Shown here: positions 7,139 through 17,064 of the stretch, one piece after another
How positions within the stretch are numbered: the first letter of the stretch is position 1
How the letters are laid out: the number at the start of each line of letters is the position of its first letter
IMG/VR virus record: IMGVR_UViG_3300007735_000552
Coordinates: 1-26,543 of that record
Direction: 5' to 3' (one strand)
Length of the DNA: 26,543 nt
Source of the DNA: a virus
Taxonomy: Duplodnaviria > Caudoviricetes
The notes under the pieces: generated by a model
Database searches by the model: none
Told to the model about the DNA's origin: nothing
What the model saw: the letters and a program-made list of their open reading frames with translations, nothing else
Made by a program: the position numbers and the translations under genes

Positions 7139-8173
7139 ATGAACTCGAACGACATCATCACGCTCGCACAGCATCGCCTCAGCGCCGCGCGTGGGCGCGA
7201 CATGGCCCGGAGCATCGAGCTCGGGCTCGGCGTGGGCTCGGTCCACATCGACCGCGCGCTCACCAACGTCGCGGTTCAGTACCAGAACAACGAGTTCATC
7301 GCCGACGCGGTGATGCCCATCGTTCGGGTGAGCAAGAAGTCCGACAAGTACTTCAAGTTCAAGCCCGAGACGATGTTCAACGTGGCCGCGGTGGACGTGG
7401 TGGGCGCCGAGTCGATGCCGGGCCGTCCCGCCGCGGGCCTCGACGCGCCGGGCACGTTCTCGTGCACCGACCGCGCGCTGATGGACTTCATCTCCGTCGA
7501 CGAGGAGCTCAACGCGGACGCGCCGCTGCAGCCCCGCATCGACGTGACCGAGATCCTCTCCAACTACCTGATGCTCGCGCGCGAGAAGCGCGTCGCCGAC
7601 ATCATCTTCGGCAGCGCCAACTACGGCTCCAACACGGCGGCGCTCTCGGGCGGCGACCAGTGGAACCAGTCCACCTCGGACCCCGTCGCGAACATCCTGT
7701 ACGCGATCAAGACGCCGCTCGTGAAGCCCAACACGATGGTGATCGGGTGGGAGGCGTACGACGCCCTGCGCACCAACCCCAAGGTGCTCCAGTTCGTGCT
7801 CTCGCGCGCCTCCACGGGCGCGGGCGCCACCCCGCTGATGGTCGATGAGGCCACGCTCGCAGCGATGTTCCGCCTGGACCGCGTGATCGTCGGCGAGGCG
7901 AAGTACAACACCGCGGCCGAGGGCGCGGCCGCGAGCACGTCGTACCTCTGGGGCAAGTTCTGCGCGCTCATCCGCGTGGAGCCGTCGCCCTCGCCGCGCC
8001 GCACGCAGACCTTCGGCTACACCATGCGCTTCGGCGCGATGGAGACCTCGACCTTCTACGAGGGCAAGCCCGGTCGCGCGGGTGGCACCTACGTGAAGGT
8101 CGCGCACTCCGACGCCGACGAGGTCGTGGGTGGCGAGTACACCGGCTACCTCTGGCGCACGGTGATCGCGTGA
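7139..8173 (+). CDS. Major capsid protein (HK97 fold, gpE-like)
   Basis: IDRALTNVAVQYQNNEFIADAVMPIV, REKRVA, SDPV, KPNTMVIG and LRTNPKV motifs; about 345 aa. SD GGGAG before ATG 7139; alternative GTG start at 7130. Confidence 0.9.
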   Translation: MNSNDIITLAQHRLSAARGRDMARSIELGLGVGSVHIDRALTNVAVQYQNNEFIADAVMPIVRVSKKSDKYFKFKPETMFNVAAVDVVGAESMPGRPAAGLDAPGTFSCTDRALMDFISVDEELNADAPLQPRIDVTEILSNYLMLAREKRVADIIFGSANYGSNTAALSGGDQWNQSTSDPVANILYAIKTPLVKPNTMVIGWEAYDALRTNPKVLQFVLSRASTGAGATPLMVDEATLAAMFRLDRVIVGEAKYNTAAEGAAASTSYLWGKFCALIRVEPSPSPRRTQTFGYTMRFGAMETSTFYEGKPGRAGGTYVKVAHSDADEVVGGEYTGYLWRTVIA

Positions 8174-8499
8174 GCCGACGGGATCGTCGACAGGGCTACT
8201 CGCCTGACGCGGGTGACAGCACTCCGCGCACCGTGCTCGGCTTCACCCCGACGCCGTCGTCGCAAGGCGTCGGCGCTGCCCCGGAGATGCCCCTTGCGGG
8301 CGCTCCGTGGGACGAGACGGAGGAAGCCGCGTCGCGTGTCGACGATCCCCCTGCGCCGCCCGTGGCGCGCTTCCGCGCCCGCACCGTGATCACTCACAGC
8401 GGGCGCCGGTTTGACGCGGGCTCCGAGATCCCCGCGGAGGTCGTGCGCGAGATGCTCGCCTGCGGCCTCCGCGTCGGGTCCGACATCGTGAAGGGCTGA
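8170..8499 (+). CDS. Hypothetical head-associated protein
   Basis: GTGA overlap with the capsid stop. C-terminal RFRARTVITHSGRRFDAGSEI resembles small post-capsid phage proteins. Confidence 0.6.
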   Translation: MSRRDRRQGYSPDAGDSTPRTVLGFTPTPSSQGVGAAPEMPLAGAPWDETEEAASRVDDPPAPPVARFRARTVITHSGRRFDAGSEIPAEVVREMLACGLRVGSDIVKG

Positions 8500-8503
8500 C
8501 GCC

Positions 8504-8986
8504 GTGGCAGAGCAGATCGCCATCGTGACCAGCGCGGACGTGACCGCGCGCCTTTCCACCCAGGCTTACGCGCGGCTCTTCGCCAAGAACGGCGGAGCGA
8601 CCGCGGACACCACGTTTCGCGACCTGTGCATCTCCGAGGCGAATAGCGAGATTCGCGTCCTCACGCGCGCCGCGTTCCCCGATGGGATCTACGCCACGAC
8701 GGATACCCTCGACGTGATGATCGTCGGAAAGGGCGTTGACCTCGTGTGCGCCATCGCAGCCTCGCGGCATGTGAGCTTCGATGACGAGGGCTCGTTCGCC
8801 GCGCTCGGACGCGCGGCGCGGATGTTCTTCAAGAACCTGAACCGCGACGCCGATGCGCGCGCACCGGGGTCAAGCGCCGTGCGCCCGCTGCCTCGCGCGA
8901 CCAACGTCAACATCACCAACGACAGCGGCATCCCCACGAACCCGTTGACGCGCGCCGCGGACGGCTACGACGGGTCGGACTTCTGA
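8504..8986 (+). CDS. Head-tail adaptor (Mu gp36/DUF1320-like)
   Basis: VTSADVTARL...ISEANSEI pattern, size and position after the capsid. Confidence 0.65.
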   Translation: MAEQIAIVTSADVTARLSTQAYARLFAKNGGATADTTFRDLCISEANSEIRVLTRAAFPDGIYATTDTLDVMIVGKGVDLVCAIAASRHVSFDDEGSFAALGRAARMFFKNLNRDADARAPGSSAVRPLPRATNVNITNDSGIPTNPLTRAADGYDGSDF

Positions 8987-9369
8987 TGGCCGACCGGGTG
9001 TTCCTCGACGTGGAGCGGGCCATCGCGGAACTCTCCGCGGCCATCGATCAGGAGCTGCCGAAGGGCGCGCTCGATGGTGCGCGCGTCGTCGCCGAAGAGG
9101 CCGCGACGAACCACCCATACACCAACCGCACGGGGCGCTTGCAGTCACGTACGCAGGCCGGTCGCGTACGCGGGAGCGCGCTGCGCGGGCTCATCCGCGC
9201 TGAGGTGCTAGGCGACACGCGCTATGGCGGCTTCGTGGAACATGGCACGTCGCGCAACCGCGCGTACCCGTACCTTGGCCCCGCGTGGGTGCGCCGACAG
9301 GATGACTTCGCGCGTGCGGTCGACGCCGCGCTTGAGCGTGCCTCCGTGCGCGCGTGGAGTGCCTCGTGA
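8986..9369 (+). CDS. Neck/tail-completion protein (HK97 gp10-like)
   Basis: RTGRLQS, YGGFVEHGT and AYPYLGPA motifs; TGATG coupling with the previous gene. Confidence 0.8.
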   Translation: MADRVFLDVERAIAELSAAIDQELPKGALDGARVVAEEAATNHPYTNRTGRLQSRTQAGRVRGSALRGLIRAEVLGDTRYGGFVEHGTSRNRAYPYLGPAWVRRQDDFARAVDAALERASVRAWSAS

Positions 9370-10013
9370 GCCTCACACTCGCCGATGTCGACGGGCTGCT
9401 CTACGCGCAGCTCGGGACGCTCCTGACCAACGTGACCACGGGCACGACCGCGGCGCGCCCCTTCGCGCTCGTCGGCCGCTTCGCGGGGTCACTCGATGAG
9501 CCCAGTGTGCGAGAGGTCGTGACGCAGTGGCCCGCCGCACTCCTCGCGTACGACGGCGAAACGGTCACGCGCACAGTCAACACGCTCGCGGGTGATGCCG
9601 AGGATCGCGGGCTCAACGCCTGGACGGTTTACGTCTGCGTTGAGGATCCGCGCGCCATCGACGACGGCACCATCGGCACCACCACGGCGCCGGGTGGGTT
9701 GCGCCTAATCGACGCCGTGCTCGGGGTGCTCAACGGGCTCCTGATTGTCACGACGGGCGCGTCGCCGCAGACCGCATGGATGGACCGTCGCCTGCGCTGC
9801 GTGGGCACGCGCGAGGCGCTCATCCGCCGCGGTGTGGTCTACGTCTACGCCGTGAGCTTCGAGGCGGCGCGCGCGCTCCCGCAAGTGACACCTGCTGACA
9901 CGAGCGTTGAGCTTCTCGAAGTTCGCGGCGCCGTGAACCTTGTCGACACGTTCGACGATGACGACCCGAAGAACCCTGTTGTGCAGTTCATCGCAGACAC
10001 CGCCGAGGAGTGA
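9366..10013 (+). CDS. Tail terminator (Mu gp37-like, putative)
   Basis: GTGA overlap; QWPAALLAYDG, LIDAVLGVLNG and VYAVSF motifs; position before the sheath. Confidence 0.65.
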   Translation: MSLTLADVDGLLYAQLGTLLTNVTTGTTAARPFALVGRFAGSLDEPSVREVVTQWPAALLAYDGETVTRTVNTLAGDAEDRGLNAWTVYVCVEDPRAIDDGTIGTTTAPGGLRLIDAVLGVLNGLLIVTTGASPQTAWMDRRLRCVGTREALIRRGVVYVYAVSFEAARALPQVTPADTSVELLEVRGAVNLVDTFDDDDPKNPVVQFIADTAEE

Positions 10014-10014
10014 G

Positions 10015-10215
10015 ATGCAGACCATTCGTGTGAAGGCCGTCGCAGACGCGCGGCTCCCTGTCCCCGGCACGCCGGGGCGCTTCGTCGGGCGTGATCGCAA
10101 GACGGGCGCAATCATCGCGGACGGCGTCGCCGTGCCCGCGGATTCGTACTACCTCCGCGCCGTCGCGCGCGGTGACCTTGCGCTCCTCGTGGGCGCCGAA
10201 GAGGTGCAGTCGTGA
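10015..10215 (+). CDS. DUF2635 / Mu gp38-like small protein
   Basis: DGVAVPADSYYLRAVARGDL signature, directly before the sheath; SD GAGGAG. Confidence 0.8.
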   Translation: MQTIRVKAVADARLPVPGTPGRFVGRDRKTGAIIADGVAVPADSYYLRAVARGDLALLVGAEEVQS

Positions 10216-11807
10216 CCATCGCCGTCGCTGGTGTCCCCGCGTCTCGCAAGACGCCGGGCGTGAACTTCAACGTGGTCCTCGGCGGCTCGGGCACGAGCGC
10301 GGGGCAGGCCCCGCGCCGCATCATGCTCCTCGGGAACATGATCGCGACGGCGCTGACCAACTCGTCGCCGTCGTTCACCGTCGCCGCGGGCACCGCCGCC
10401 ATCGCAACGCCCGTGTTCGTACCGTCGCCCGATGACGCGGCCACGCTCTTCGGGCGCGGCTCCGAGCTGCACCGCATGAGCATTTCGGTGTTCGCGCAGG
10501 ACCCCTCCGCGACGCTCTACGCGACGCCCGTGGCCGAGGCGAGCGGCACCCCAGCCACCGTGGTCCTCACTTTCGCCACGACGGCGACGGCGGCGTTCAC
10601 GGTGCGCCTGCGCCTCTGCGGCGAGGTCATCGACGTGGGCGTTGCGAGCGGCGACAGCGTGACCGCCATCGCGACCGCCGTGGCCGACGCGATCAACGAC
10701 AACCCGAACCTGCCGTACACCGCGCAGAACGCCAGCGGCGTGCTGACCATCGAGGCCAAGCACGACGGCCCGCGCGGCAATACCCTCGTGGTCGATGCGT
10801 ACTTCGTGAGCAGCACGGGCGCCGAGGTGCGCATCACCGCGTCGAGCACGTCGAGCGGCGCGGGCACCACGGGCATCTGGTCGGGCAACGGCACCATCGG
10901 GAGCGAGATCACCCTCGCGTCGGGCGCGACGCAGGACAACTTCACCGACGCGCTCGCGGCCATCGAGCCGCAGCGTTACGACCGCATCGTCGGCGCGTGC
11001 ATCGACGCCATCAACACGGGGCGCATCGTCACGCACGTCAACGCCCAGGCCGGTCCGACGGTGCAGCTCCTCGAGCAGGCCCTCGTCGGGTCGACAGACA
11101 CCTATGCGAACGTCGTGACCTTCGCGACAGGGCGCAACGCCTCGCGTCTGCAGGTGGTGTGGAACCACGCGACGGTGATCCCCTGTTGGGAGGTCGCCGC
11201 GCAGGTGTGCGCCGCGCGCCTCGCGGGCGACGCCGCCGCGGGTGGCTCGCGCGTCGGCGAGGCGAGCGACCCGGCCGCGAACCTAGACTCGATGGAACTC
11301 GCCACCGTGCTCATGGCGCGCGTCGTCGGTGACCAGCCGACCGCGACGGAGATCGAGAACGCGCTCAACAACGGCATCACGCCGGTGGGCGCGAGCGGTT
11401 CGCGTCCCGGCTATGGCGTCATCGTGCGGAGCATCACGTCGCGCTCGCTTCTCAGCGGCACGCCGAACTACGCCGTGCTCGACACGTCCACCGTGACGGT
11501 GCCCGACTACATCGCGGACACGCTGCGCTCCGACCTCGCGGTGACCTTCGCGGGCTGCAAGCTCTCGCCCGACTCCGACAGCGCGCCGACCGCGCCGCGC
11601 GTGGTCACGCCCTCCATCGTGCGGGCGCGCATCGCGCAGAAGCTCAAGGAAGCCGAAGCCGCCGCGATCCTGATCAACGTGGACGCGAACCTTTCGCTCC
11701 TCGTGGTCGAGGCCAACGCGCTCGTGCCCGGTCGCCTCGACTGCGAGATCCCCGCCGCGGTGATCCCCGGCCTTCACCTCGTCGCCGGGAACGTCCGGCA
11801 GCTCTGA
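10212..11807 (+). CDS. Contractile tail sheath protein (Mu gpL-like)
   Basis: VPASRKTPGV, AATLFGRGSELHRM, AKHDGPRGN, EIENALNNGITP, IVRSIT and VVTPSIVRA motifs; 531 aa. Confidence 0.93.
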   Translation: MTIAVAGVPASRKTPGVNFNVVLGGSGTSAGQAPRRIMLLGNMIATALTNSSPSFTVAAGTAAIATPVFVPSPDDAATLFGRGSELHRMSISVFAQDPSATLYATPVAEASGTPATVVLTFATTATAAFTVRLRLCGEVIDVGVASGDSVTAIATAVADAINDNPNLPYTAQNASGVLTIEAKHDGPRGNTLVVDAYFVSSTGAEVRITASSTSSGAGTTGIWSGNGTIGSEITLASGATQDNFTDALAAIEPQRYDRIVGACIDAINTGRIVTHVNAQAGPTVQLLEQALVGSTDTYANVVTFATGRNASRLQVVWNHATVIPCWEVAAQVCAARLAGDAAAGGSRVGEASDPAANLDSMELATVLMARVVGDQPTATEIENALNNGITPVGASGSRPGYGVIVRSITSRSLLSGTPNYAVLDTSTVTVPDYIADTLRSDLAVTFAGCKLSPDSDSAPTAPRVVTPSIVRARIAQKLKEAEAAAILINVDANLSLLVVEANALVPGRLDCEIPAAVIPGLHLVAGNVRQL

Positions 11808-11819
11808 TCGGAGATCAAC

Positions 11820-12188
11820 ATGGCGCTCTACTCAGGCCCCGGCTTCATTCTCTACAACGGCGTCCCCGTGCTCCAGGCGGGCTCGATTACCTACAACGTC
11901 GAGACCGACAACAAGGACGTGAACACCCTCCTCCTCGGACGCGCGGGCTTCTCCGCGGGACCGAAGAAGGTGCAGGCGTCGGTCGACAACGCCATCCCCG
12001 CGAGCGGGATGGAGCTCGACTGGCCCGCCATCGCGGAGGCGCAGGCCGAGGTGTCGCTCGGCTTCGTCATCGCGGGCGTGACCCGCAACGCCACGGGCGA
12101 CGTGCGCTCCGTGCGCGTGACGACCTCGACGGAGAACGCCAACGGCGTGTCCTTCGAGTTCCACGGGACCAGCGTGGGCTCGGTGTGA
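11820..12188 (+). CDS. Tail tube protein
   Basis: 122-aa beta-rich protein directly after the sheath, ending VSFEFHG; SD GGAG. Confidence 0.75.
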   Translation: MALYSGPGFILYNGVPVLQAGSITYNVETDNKDVNTLLLGRAGFSAGPKKVQASVDNAIPASGMELDWPAIAEAQAEVSLGFVIAGVTRNATGDVRSVRVTTSTENANGVSFEFHGTSVGSV

Positions 12189-12189
12189 C

Positions 12190-12834
12190 GTGAGCGAACT
12201 TCCCGCGCAGTTCGTCACCGACCGCCGCAGCCCGCTCCGCAAGGTGCTCGACGCCTCGCGCGGTGGGCGCGCCGTCGAGATCATCGAGTTCGACGGTTGC
12301 GACAACCGCTTTCGCGGCGTGCCTCTCGCGTTGCGCGCGCTCACCACCGACGAGGAGTTGAAGCTCCGCGCGGTGGCGGCGAAGTGGTGCGCTGAAGCGG
12401 GCTTCGGCGAGTCGTTCCTCCTCGACACGCCCGAGGGTCGCAACACGGTGGAGTTCGAGGCGAAGGTGCAGACCATCGCCCTTGCGCTCTGCGAGCCCGC
12501 GCCGCCCAACGTACCCGTTGCGGCGTCGGCCGATGAACTGCGCGCGAACCTCTACGCCGATGAGATCGCGGCGCTCTTCGAGGTCTATGTGGACTTCGTC
12601 ACGAAGCGGTCGCCCATCAGCGCGGCGAAGAGCGCCGAGGAGGTGGCGTCGCTGGTCGACTCGTTGGGAAAAGGGACGACGCCGCTACAGCGGTTGAGTA
12701 CCTTCGACGCCGTTACGCTGCGCACCATCGTGCGCGAACTGGTTGCACGGTGGACGAGGCTGACGAGCTCACGCTCGTTGCCTACGCCGCCATCGACCGA
12801 CACGGAGAGCGACTCGCCCGAGGCTTCGGGCTGA
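12190..12834 (+). CDS. Tail assembly chaperone (0-frame product)
   Basis: Lies between tube and tape measure; LRALTTDEE motif; contains slippery heptamer GGGAAAA. Confidence 0.75.
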   Translation: MSELPAQFVTDRRSPLRKVLDASRGGRAVEIIEFDGCDNRFRGVPLALRALTTDEELKLRAVAAKWCAEAGFGESFLLDTPEGRNTVEFEAKVQTIALALCEPAPPNVPVAASADELRANLYADEIAALFEVYVDFVTKRSPISAAKSAEEVASLVDSLGKGTTPLQRLSTFDAVTLRTIVRELVARWTRLTSSRSLPTPPSTDTESDSPEASG

Positions 12835-12842
12835 TCGAGTAG
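12666..12842 (+). other. Programmed -1 frameshift site and alternative chaperone C-terminus
   Basis: G GGA AAA (12666-12672) is in the correct X XXY YYZ phase. The -1 frame is open to TAG 12840-12842 and reads GKRDDAATAVEYLRRRYAAHHRARTGCTVDEADELTLVAYAAIDRHGERLARGFGLIE. Confidence 0.7.
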
Positions 12843-12846
12843 AAGC

Positions 12847-14961
12847 ATGGCGCGGGCAGTCCTACAGATCGACGTGGACACGTCGGGCGTGCGGCGAGCG
12901 ATGGGTGACCTTCGCGGCACCGCGCGCACGGCGCAAGCGGCCATGACCGCGGAGGCGCGGCGCGCGGCTGCGCAGCGTGACCGCATCGCCCGCGACGAGA
13001 TCCGCCACAAGCAGCGCATGGACATCGAGACGGTGCGCTCGCAACGCGACGCCGACCGCGCCCGCACGCAGAGTGCCGCACAGGCGTCGCGCGAGCGCAT
13101 CGCCGCAAGCAACCGCGAGGCCCGCGTTGACGTGGCGCGGATGCAGACCACAACGCAACTCTTCATCGCCGCGGAGCGTGCGAAGACGCGCGCCGTCGAG
13201 CGCGAGGAGAAGCAGCGCACGCGCGCCGCGCAGACCGAAGAGCGCACGCGCGTCGCGGCGGCGCGAGCGGCAGCACGCGAGGTCACTCGCACCGACCGCG
13301 AGCGCACGCGCGCAGGGCGTGACATCGGCTATGGGCTGCGCCGCGGGCTCAACGTCGGCGGTGATGCCGCGTTGAACGTGGGGCGCGTGGCGTACTCGCA
13401 GATCCGTGACGCGCGGAGGCAGCGCGCCGAGAGCGAGAACACGCTCAACAGCGCCTTCTACCAAGCGCGACTCACCGGCCCCGAAGCGGCGGCGTCGCGA
13501 CGCCGTCTTGAGACGGAGCTTGCCACGGGCTCCCTGCGCGGCATGAGCATGGAGGATGTCGCGGGCGGCATCTCGCAGGCACAGACGCAGTTCAACGTTC
13601 TCGCGGGCGCCACGCCGCAGGCGCGCAGTGCGGCGATGGAGCGTCAGATTCAACTCCTCGCCTTCGCGCGCAACACCTACCAGAGCCCCGGCGAGGTGCT
13701 TCGCGTCGCGGGTATGCTTGAGCAGCAGGGCGTGACCGGCGCGGACCAGATGAACACGATCCGCAGCATGACCGGCATGGCGCAGGCTGGGTCCATCGAG
13801 CTCGGCAACGTGACGCGCGAGGCGCTCGGACCGTTGATGCAGAACATCGCGCGCAGCGTCAGCGCGGGCATGAACCCAGCGCAGCGCGCGCGGGCGGTGC
13901 AGGGCGCGACGCTGGAGACGATGGCCGTTGGAGAGATCACGGCGCGAGCCGGTGGACGCTCGCGCGACATGCTCAACGCGCTTGCCAAGACGCGCGGGAG
14001 CATCACCAACGAGCGCACGCAGGAGAACCTCTACGCGCGGCTTCGCAGCCAGGGCGGCGCCGAAGGGCAGGCCCTCGCGTCGAGCATGTTCACCGTGCAG
14101 AACGGTCGCGCCCGGCTCAACGAAGGCACGTCTGCGGTAGGCTTCCTCTCACAGCTCGTCGCGGGCTTCGGTGGCAATGTGAACCGCGTGGGCAACCTCG
14201 TCGGCGCGGGTGGCCCCGGCGCTCCGATGGTCCTCGATGCGCAGCAGCGGAGGCTCATGCTTCTCCTCGCGTCGCAAGGGCAGGGCGGGCAGAGCATCGC
14301 GCAAAACATCACGTCGATGCAGCGCGAAGGCGCGTCGTTCAGCGAAGCCGACGTGCAGCGCGGTCGTGGCCTTCGCGACGCGGAGCAACTCACGGCGATC
14401 AACGCCGCCGAGACGGCGCGACTCAACGCGCTCAACGATGGCACGTCGTCGGTGATCCGCTTCGCGCGCGCCCTCGATGACTTCAGCGCGCGCAACCCCA
14501 TCGCGTCGGCTGCGGTGCAGAGCGGTGGCGGTCTCCTCGGCGGACTCCTCGGCGGTGCGCTCTTCCCCCGCATCGGCACCGCGCTCGCGGGCACCACCGT
14601 GGGCCGCTTCGTAACCGGGCTCGCAGGCCGCGGAGCGGTTCCTGCTGCGGGCACCGCTGCCGCGGGGCTCGGCGTGGCGGGCACCGCTGGCGCTACCCTC
14701 GGAGTCGGCGCGATGGCAGGCGCGGCGCGCACGGCCAGCACCGGCAAGACCGGTGGCGGCGGTACTGCGTCGACCGTGGAGCGCGCCAACGCGGGCATCG
14801 CCGCGCTCACCCCGGGCGCGGCGATGGTGGAGGTCGGCGCTCAACTTGGAGCGGCCTTCATGCGTGCCATCAGCGGCGGTGAGATCCGTGCGACCATCGA
14901 TCCCGTGACCGCCGCGCACGCGGCGTCGCAGAACGCAACGCAGCCCGCGAGGCGCCCGTGA
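12847..14961 (+). CDS. Tape measure protein
   Basis: 704 aa, Ala/Arg-rich helical N-terminus and Gly-rich hydrophobic C-terminus; position after the chaperone. Confidence 0.85.
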   Translation: MARAVLQIDVDTSGVRRAMGDLRGTARTAQAAMTAEARRAAAQRDRIARDEIRHKQRMDIETVRSQRDADRARTQSAAQASRERIAASNREARVDVARMQTTTQLFIAAERAKTRAVEREEKQRTRAAQTEERTRVAAARAAAREVTRTDRERTRAGRDIGYGLRRGLNVGGDAALNVGRVAYSQIRDARRQRAESENTLNSAFYQARLTGPEAAASRRRLETELATGSLRGMSMEDVAGGISQAQTQFNVLAGATPQARSAAMERQIQLLAFARNTYQSPGEVLRVAGMLEQQGVTGADQMNTIRSMTGMAQAGSIELGNVTREALGPLMQNIARSVSAGMNPAQRARAVQGATLETMAVGEITARAGGRSRDMLNALAKTRGSITNERTQENLYARLRSQGGAEGQALASSMFTVQNGRARLNEGTSAVGFLSQLVAGFGGNVNRVGNLVGAGGPGAPMVLDAQQRRLMLLLASQGQGGQSIAQNITSMQREGASFSEADVQRGRGLRDAEQLTAINAAETARLNALNDGTSSVIRFARALDDFSARNPIASAAVQSGGGLLGGLLGGALFPRIGTALAGTTVGRFVTGLAGRGAVPAAGTAAAGLGVAGTAGATLGVGAMAGAARTASTGKTGGGGTASTVERANAGIAALTPGAAMVEVGAQLGAAFMRAISGGEIRATIDPVTAAHAASQNATQPARRP

Positions 14962-15857
14962 CCGACGCGCTCAAAGACCTTCCCGAAGCCGAGTACAACG
15001 GGATCCGGTTTCCCGTCGAACGCGCGGAGTGGCAGGGTGGCAACGACCTTGTGGAGCACGTCGCGTATCGCCGCCCTGGTGCCGACGTGGAGCCCACGGG
15101 GCGCAAGGCGTACCGCGGCTCTTTCGTCATCCCGCTGATCAACACGCCCGCCCTCGTCGCGCGGTACGGGCAACTCTTCCCGGGGCTGCGGTACGACCTC
15201 ATCCGCGCCTTCGAGGATCGTCCCATCGCGACGCTATGGCACCCGACGCTCGGGCAACTCGCGGCTGGCATCGGTGACGTGAGCGAGACGGCGACCGCGG
15301 AGGATCGTGGCGGCGTGCGACTCACGGTGCAGTGGGTCGAGCATGACGCCTCTGTCGCGCTCGCGCTCGGCCCCGACACGACGACGCCCGACGCCGCGCA
15401 GCAGGGCGTTTCGCAACTCGCCGATGACGCCGACGCGGCGAACGCATCGACCGCGGGCTATCAGGCCACGAAGCCGGCGGTCAACGCGCAACTCGCGTAC
15501 CTCGACGCGGCGCCGCGGACCTTCGCGCAGACCGCGGGCGCGCTGCGCAACATGCTCTCGCCGATCGCGGCGAACCTCGCCCTCCCCGCGCTGACGACCG
15601 CGAGCGCACACACCGCATTCGTCGCGCTGTCGCGGCTGTCGTCGGGCGTCTACGCCCTGCGCAATCAGTTGATCCCGTCGCCGCAGCGGACGCGCTTCTA
15701 CACCACGCCCGCGCCGATGGCGCTCTGGCAGGTGTCGCTCGCGGTGTACGGCTCGACCGATTGGGTCACCCTCCTGCGCAGCGCGAACGCGATCACCAAC
15801 CCTCTCCTCGTGCCCGCGGGACGACGCCTCACGGTGCTCCCTCTCCCCGGGCGCTGA
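14958..15857 (+). CDS. DNA circulation protein (Mu gpN-like) with C-terminal LysM/tail-X-like domain
   Basis: AEYNGIRFPV, VEHVAYRRPGADVEPTGRK and LWHPTLG motifs; C-terminal LWQVSLAVYG...ANAITNPLLVPAG. Confidence 0.85.
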   Translation: MTDALKDLPEAEYNGIRFPVERAEWQGGNDLVEHVAYRRPGADVEPTGRKAYRGSFVIPLINTPALVARYGQLFPGLRYDLIRAFEDRPIATLWHPTLGQLAAGIGDVSETATAEDRGGVRLTVQWVEHDASVALALGPDTTTPDAAQQGVSQLADDADAANASTAGYQATKPAVNAQLAYLDAAPRTFAQTAGALRNMLSPIAANLALPALTTASAHTAFVALSRLSSGVYALRNQLIPSPQRTRFYTTPAPMALWQVSLAVYGSTDWVTLLRSANAITNPLLVPAGRRLTVLPLPGR

Positions 15858-15860
15858 CAC

Positions 15861-17063
15861 ATGGCGACGACGCACGCGGTCACGCTGACGCTCGCCAACG
15901 GCCCTACGCCCATCGACACGTGGGACCGCGCCATCGTGTCGCTGTCGATGCTGCGCGCAGGTCAATCGTGGACGGTGTCGTGTTGGCGGACCACGACGGA
16001 CCGAACGACGTGGGAAGTGCTCGCGCGGCGTGTGCGCCTCATGGATCGCGCGACGCTCAGCATCGACGGTCACCCGCAGCTCGTGGGCCGCATCGAGACG
16101 TGGGAGCGTCACGCGGAGGGTCACGGCGAGTGCCTCGCGGTGCTCTCGGGTCGCGACCTCGCGGGCGTCGCGCAGTCGTGGGACGTGAACCCCACGATCC
16201 GCATCCGCAACGCCGCCCTCGAGGACGCCCTGCGCGACATCTTCGGCGGGATGGACCTCGACGTGCGGATCACCCCAGCGGCGTCGGCGCGCGAGGTCCA
16301 GAGCGCCCGCAGGCCAGGGGCGCGAGGCACCGGCACCCGACCGCGTCGCAGCGTGGTGGACATCGCGCACCCGCGAGTCGGCGAGAAGGCGTGGCAGACC
16401 GCAGAGCACATCGTGCGGCGGCTCGGCTTCATGCTGTGGATCGCACCGCGCACCGACGGTAGCGTTGGCATCGTGGTGGACGCGCCCGACTACACACAGG
16501 CTCCGAGCTACGCGCTCACCCGCACGCTCGATGCGCGTGGCGTCGGCGGTGGCAACATCCTCGGCGGCTCCGAGATGTTTAGCACGCAGGAAGTCCCGAC
16601 CGCGGTTGCGGTCTACACGGGCAGTGTGCGCGGCGATGGCGAGTCGGCGCGCAGCCGCGCGAGCATCGTCAACGAGCCGCTCTTCGATCCGGCGATCAAC
16701 CGCGGCTTCGTGCTCGAAGACGGCACGCCGCAGCCCGTGCACATGCGGAGCGACCGCGCGCGCACCCTCGAAGCGGCGACCCGCGAAGCGCACCGCGCCA
16801 TCGCCGACGCGATGCAGAACTTCCGCCGCTACAAGTGCAGCGTGCAAGGCTTCGGGCAGCGCGTGCAAGGCGAGGCGCGGCTCTATGCGGTGAACACCAT
16901 CGCGACGGTGCGTGACGACCTGATGATCGACGCCGAGGGGCGAGGCATGGACGAGCGGATGCTGATCACCGATGTTGAGTTCACACACTCTCGCAAGGAG
17001 GGGCAGACCACGAGCTTGACCCTCGTTCCGCTCAACTCCATCGTCGTGACGCCGGAGGTGTGA
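15861..17063 (+). CDS. Baseplate hub (Mu gp44/gpP-like)
   Basis: LVGRIE, LSGRDLAG, GEKAWQ and MLITDVEF...GQTTSLTL motifs; 400 aa; position. Confidence 0.85.
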   Translation: MATTHAVTLTLANGPTPIDTWDRAIVSLSMLRAGQSWTVSCWRTTTDRTTWEVLARRVRLMDRATLSIDGHPQLVGRIETWERHAEGHGECLAVLSGRDLAGVAQSWDVNPTIRIRNAALEDALRDIFGGMDLDVRITPAASAREVQSARRPGARGTGTRPRRSVVDIAHPRVGEKAWQTAEHIVRRLGFMLWIAPRTDGSVGIVVDAPDYTQAPSYALTRTLDARGVGGGNILGGSEMFSTQEVPTAVAVYTGSVRGDGESARSRASIVNEPLFDPAINRGFVLEDGTPQPVHMRSDRARTLEAATREAHRAIADAMQNFRRYKCSVQGFGQRVQGEARLYAVNTIATVRDDLMIDAEGRGMDERMLITDVEFTHSRKEGQTTSLTLVPLNSIVVTPEV

Positions 17064-17064
17064 C

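Noticed and set aside
12950-13320. Repetitive Arg/Ala/Glu-rich stretch as a DNA repeat array
   Set aside because: The similarity is protein-level helical periodicity in the tape measure. There are no regular nucleotide repeats or CRISPR-like spacing.
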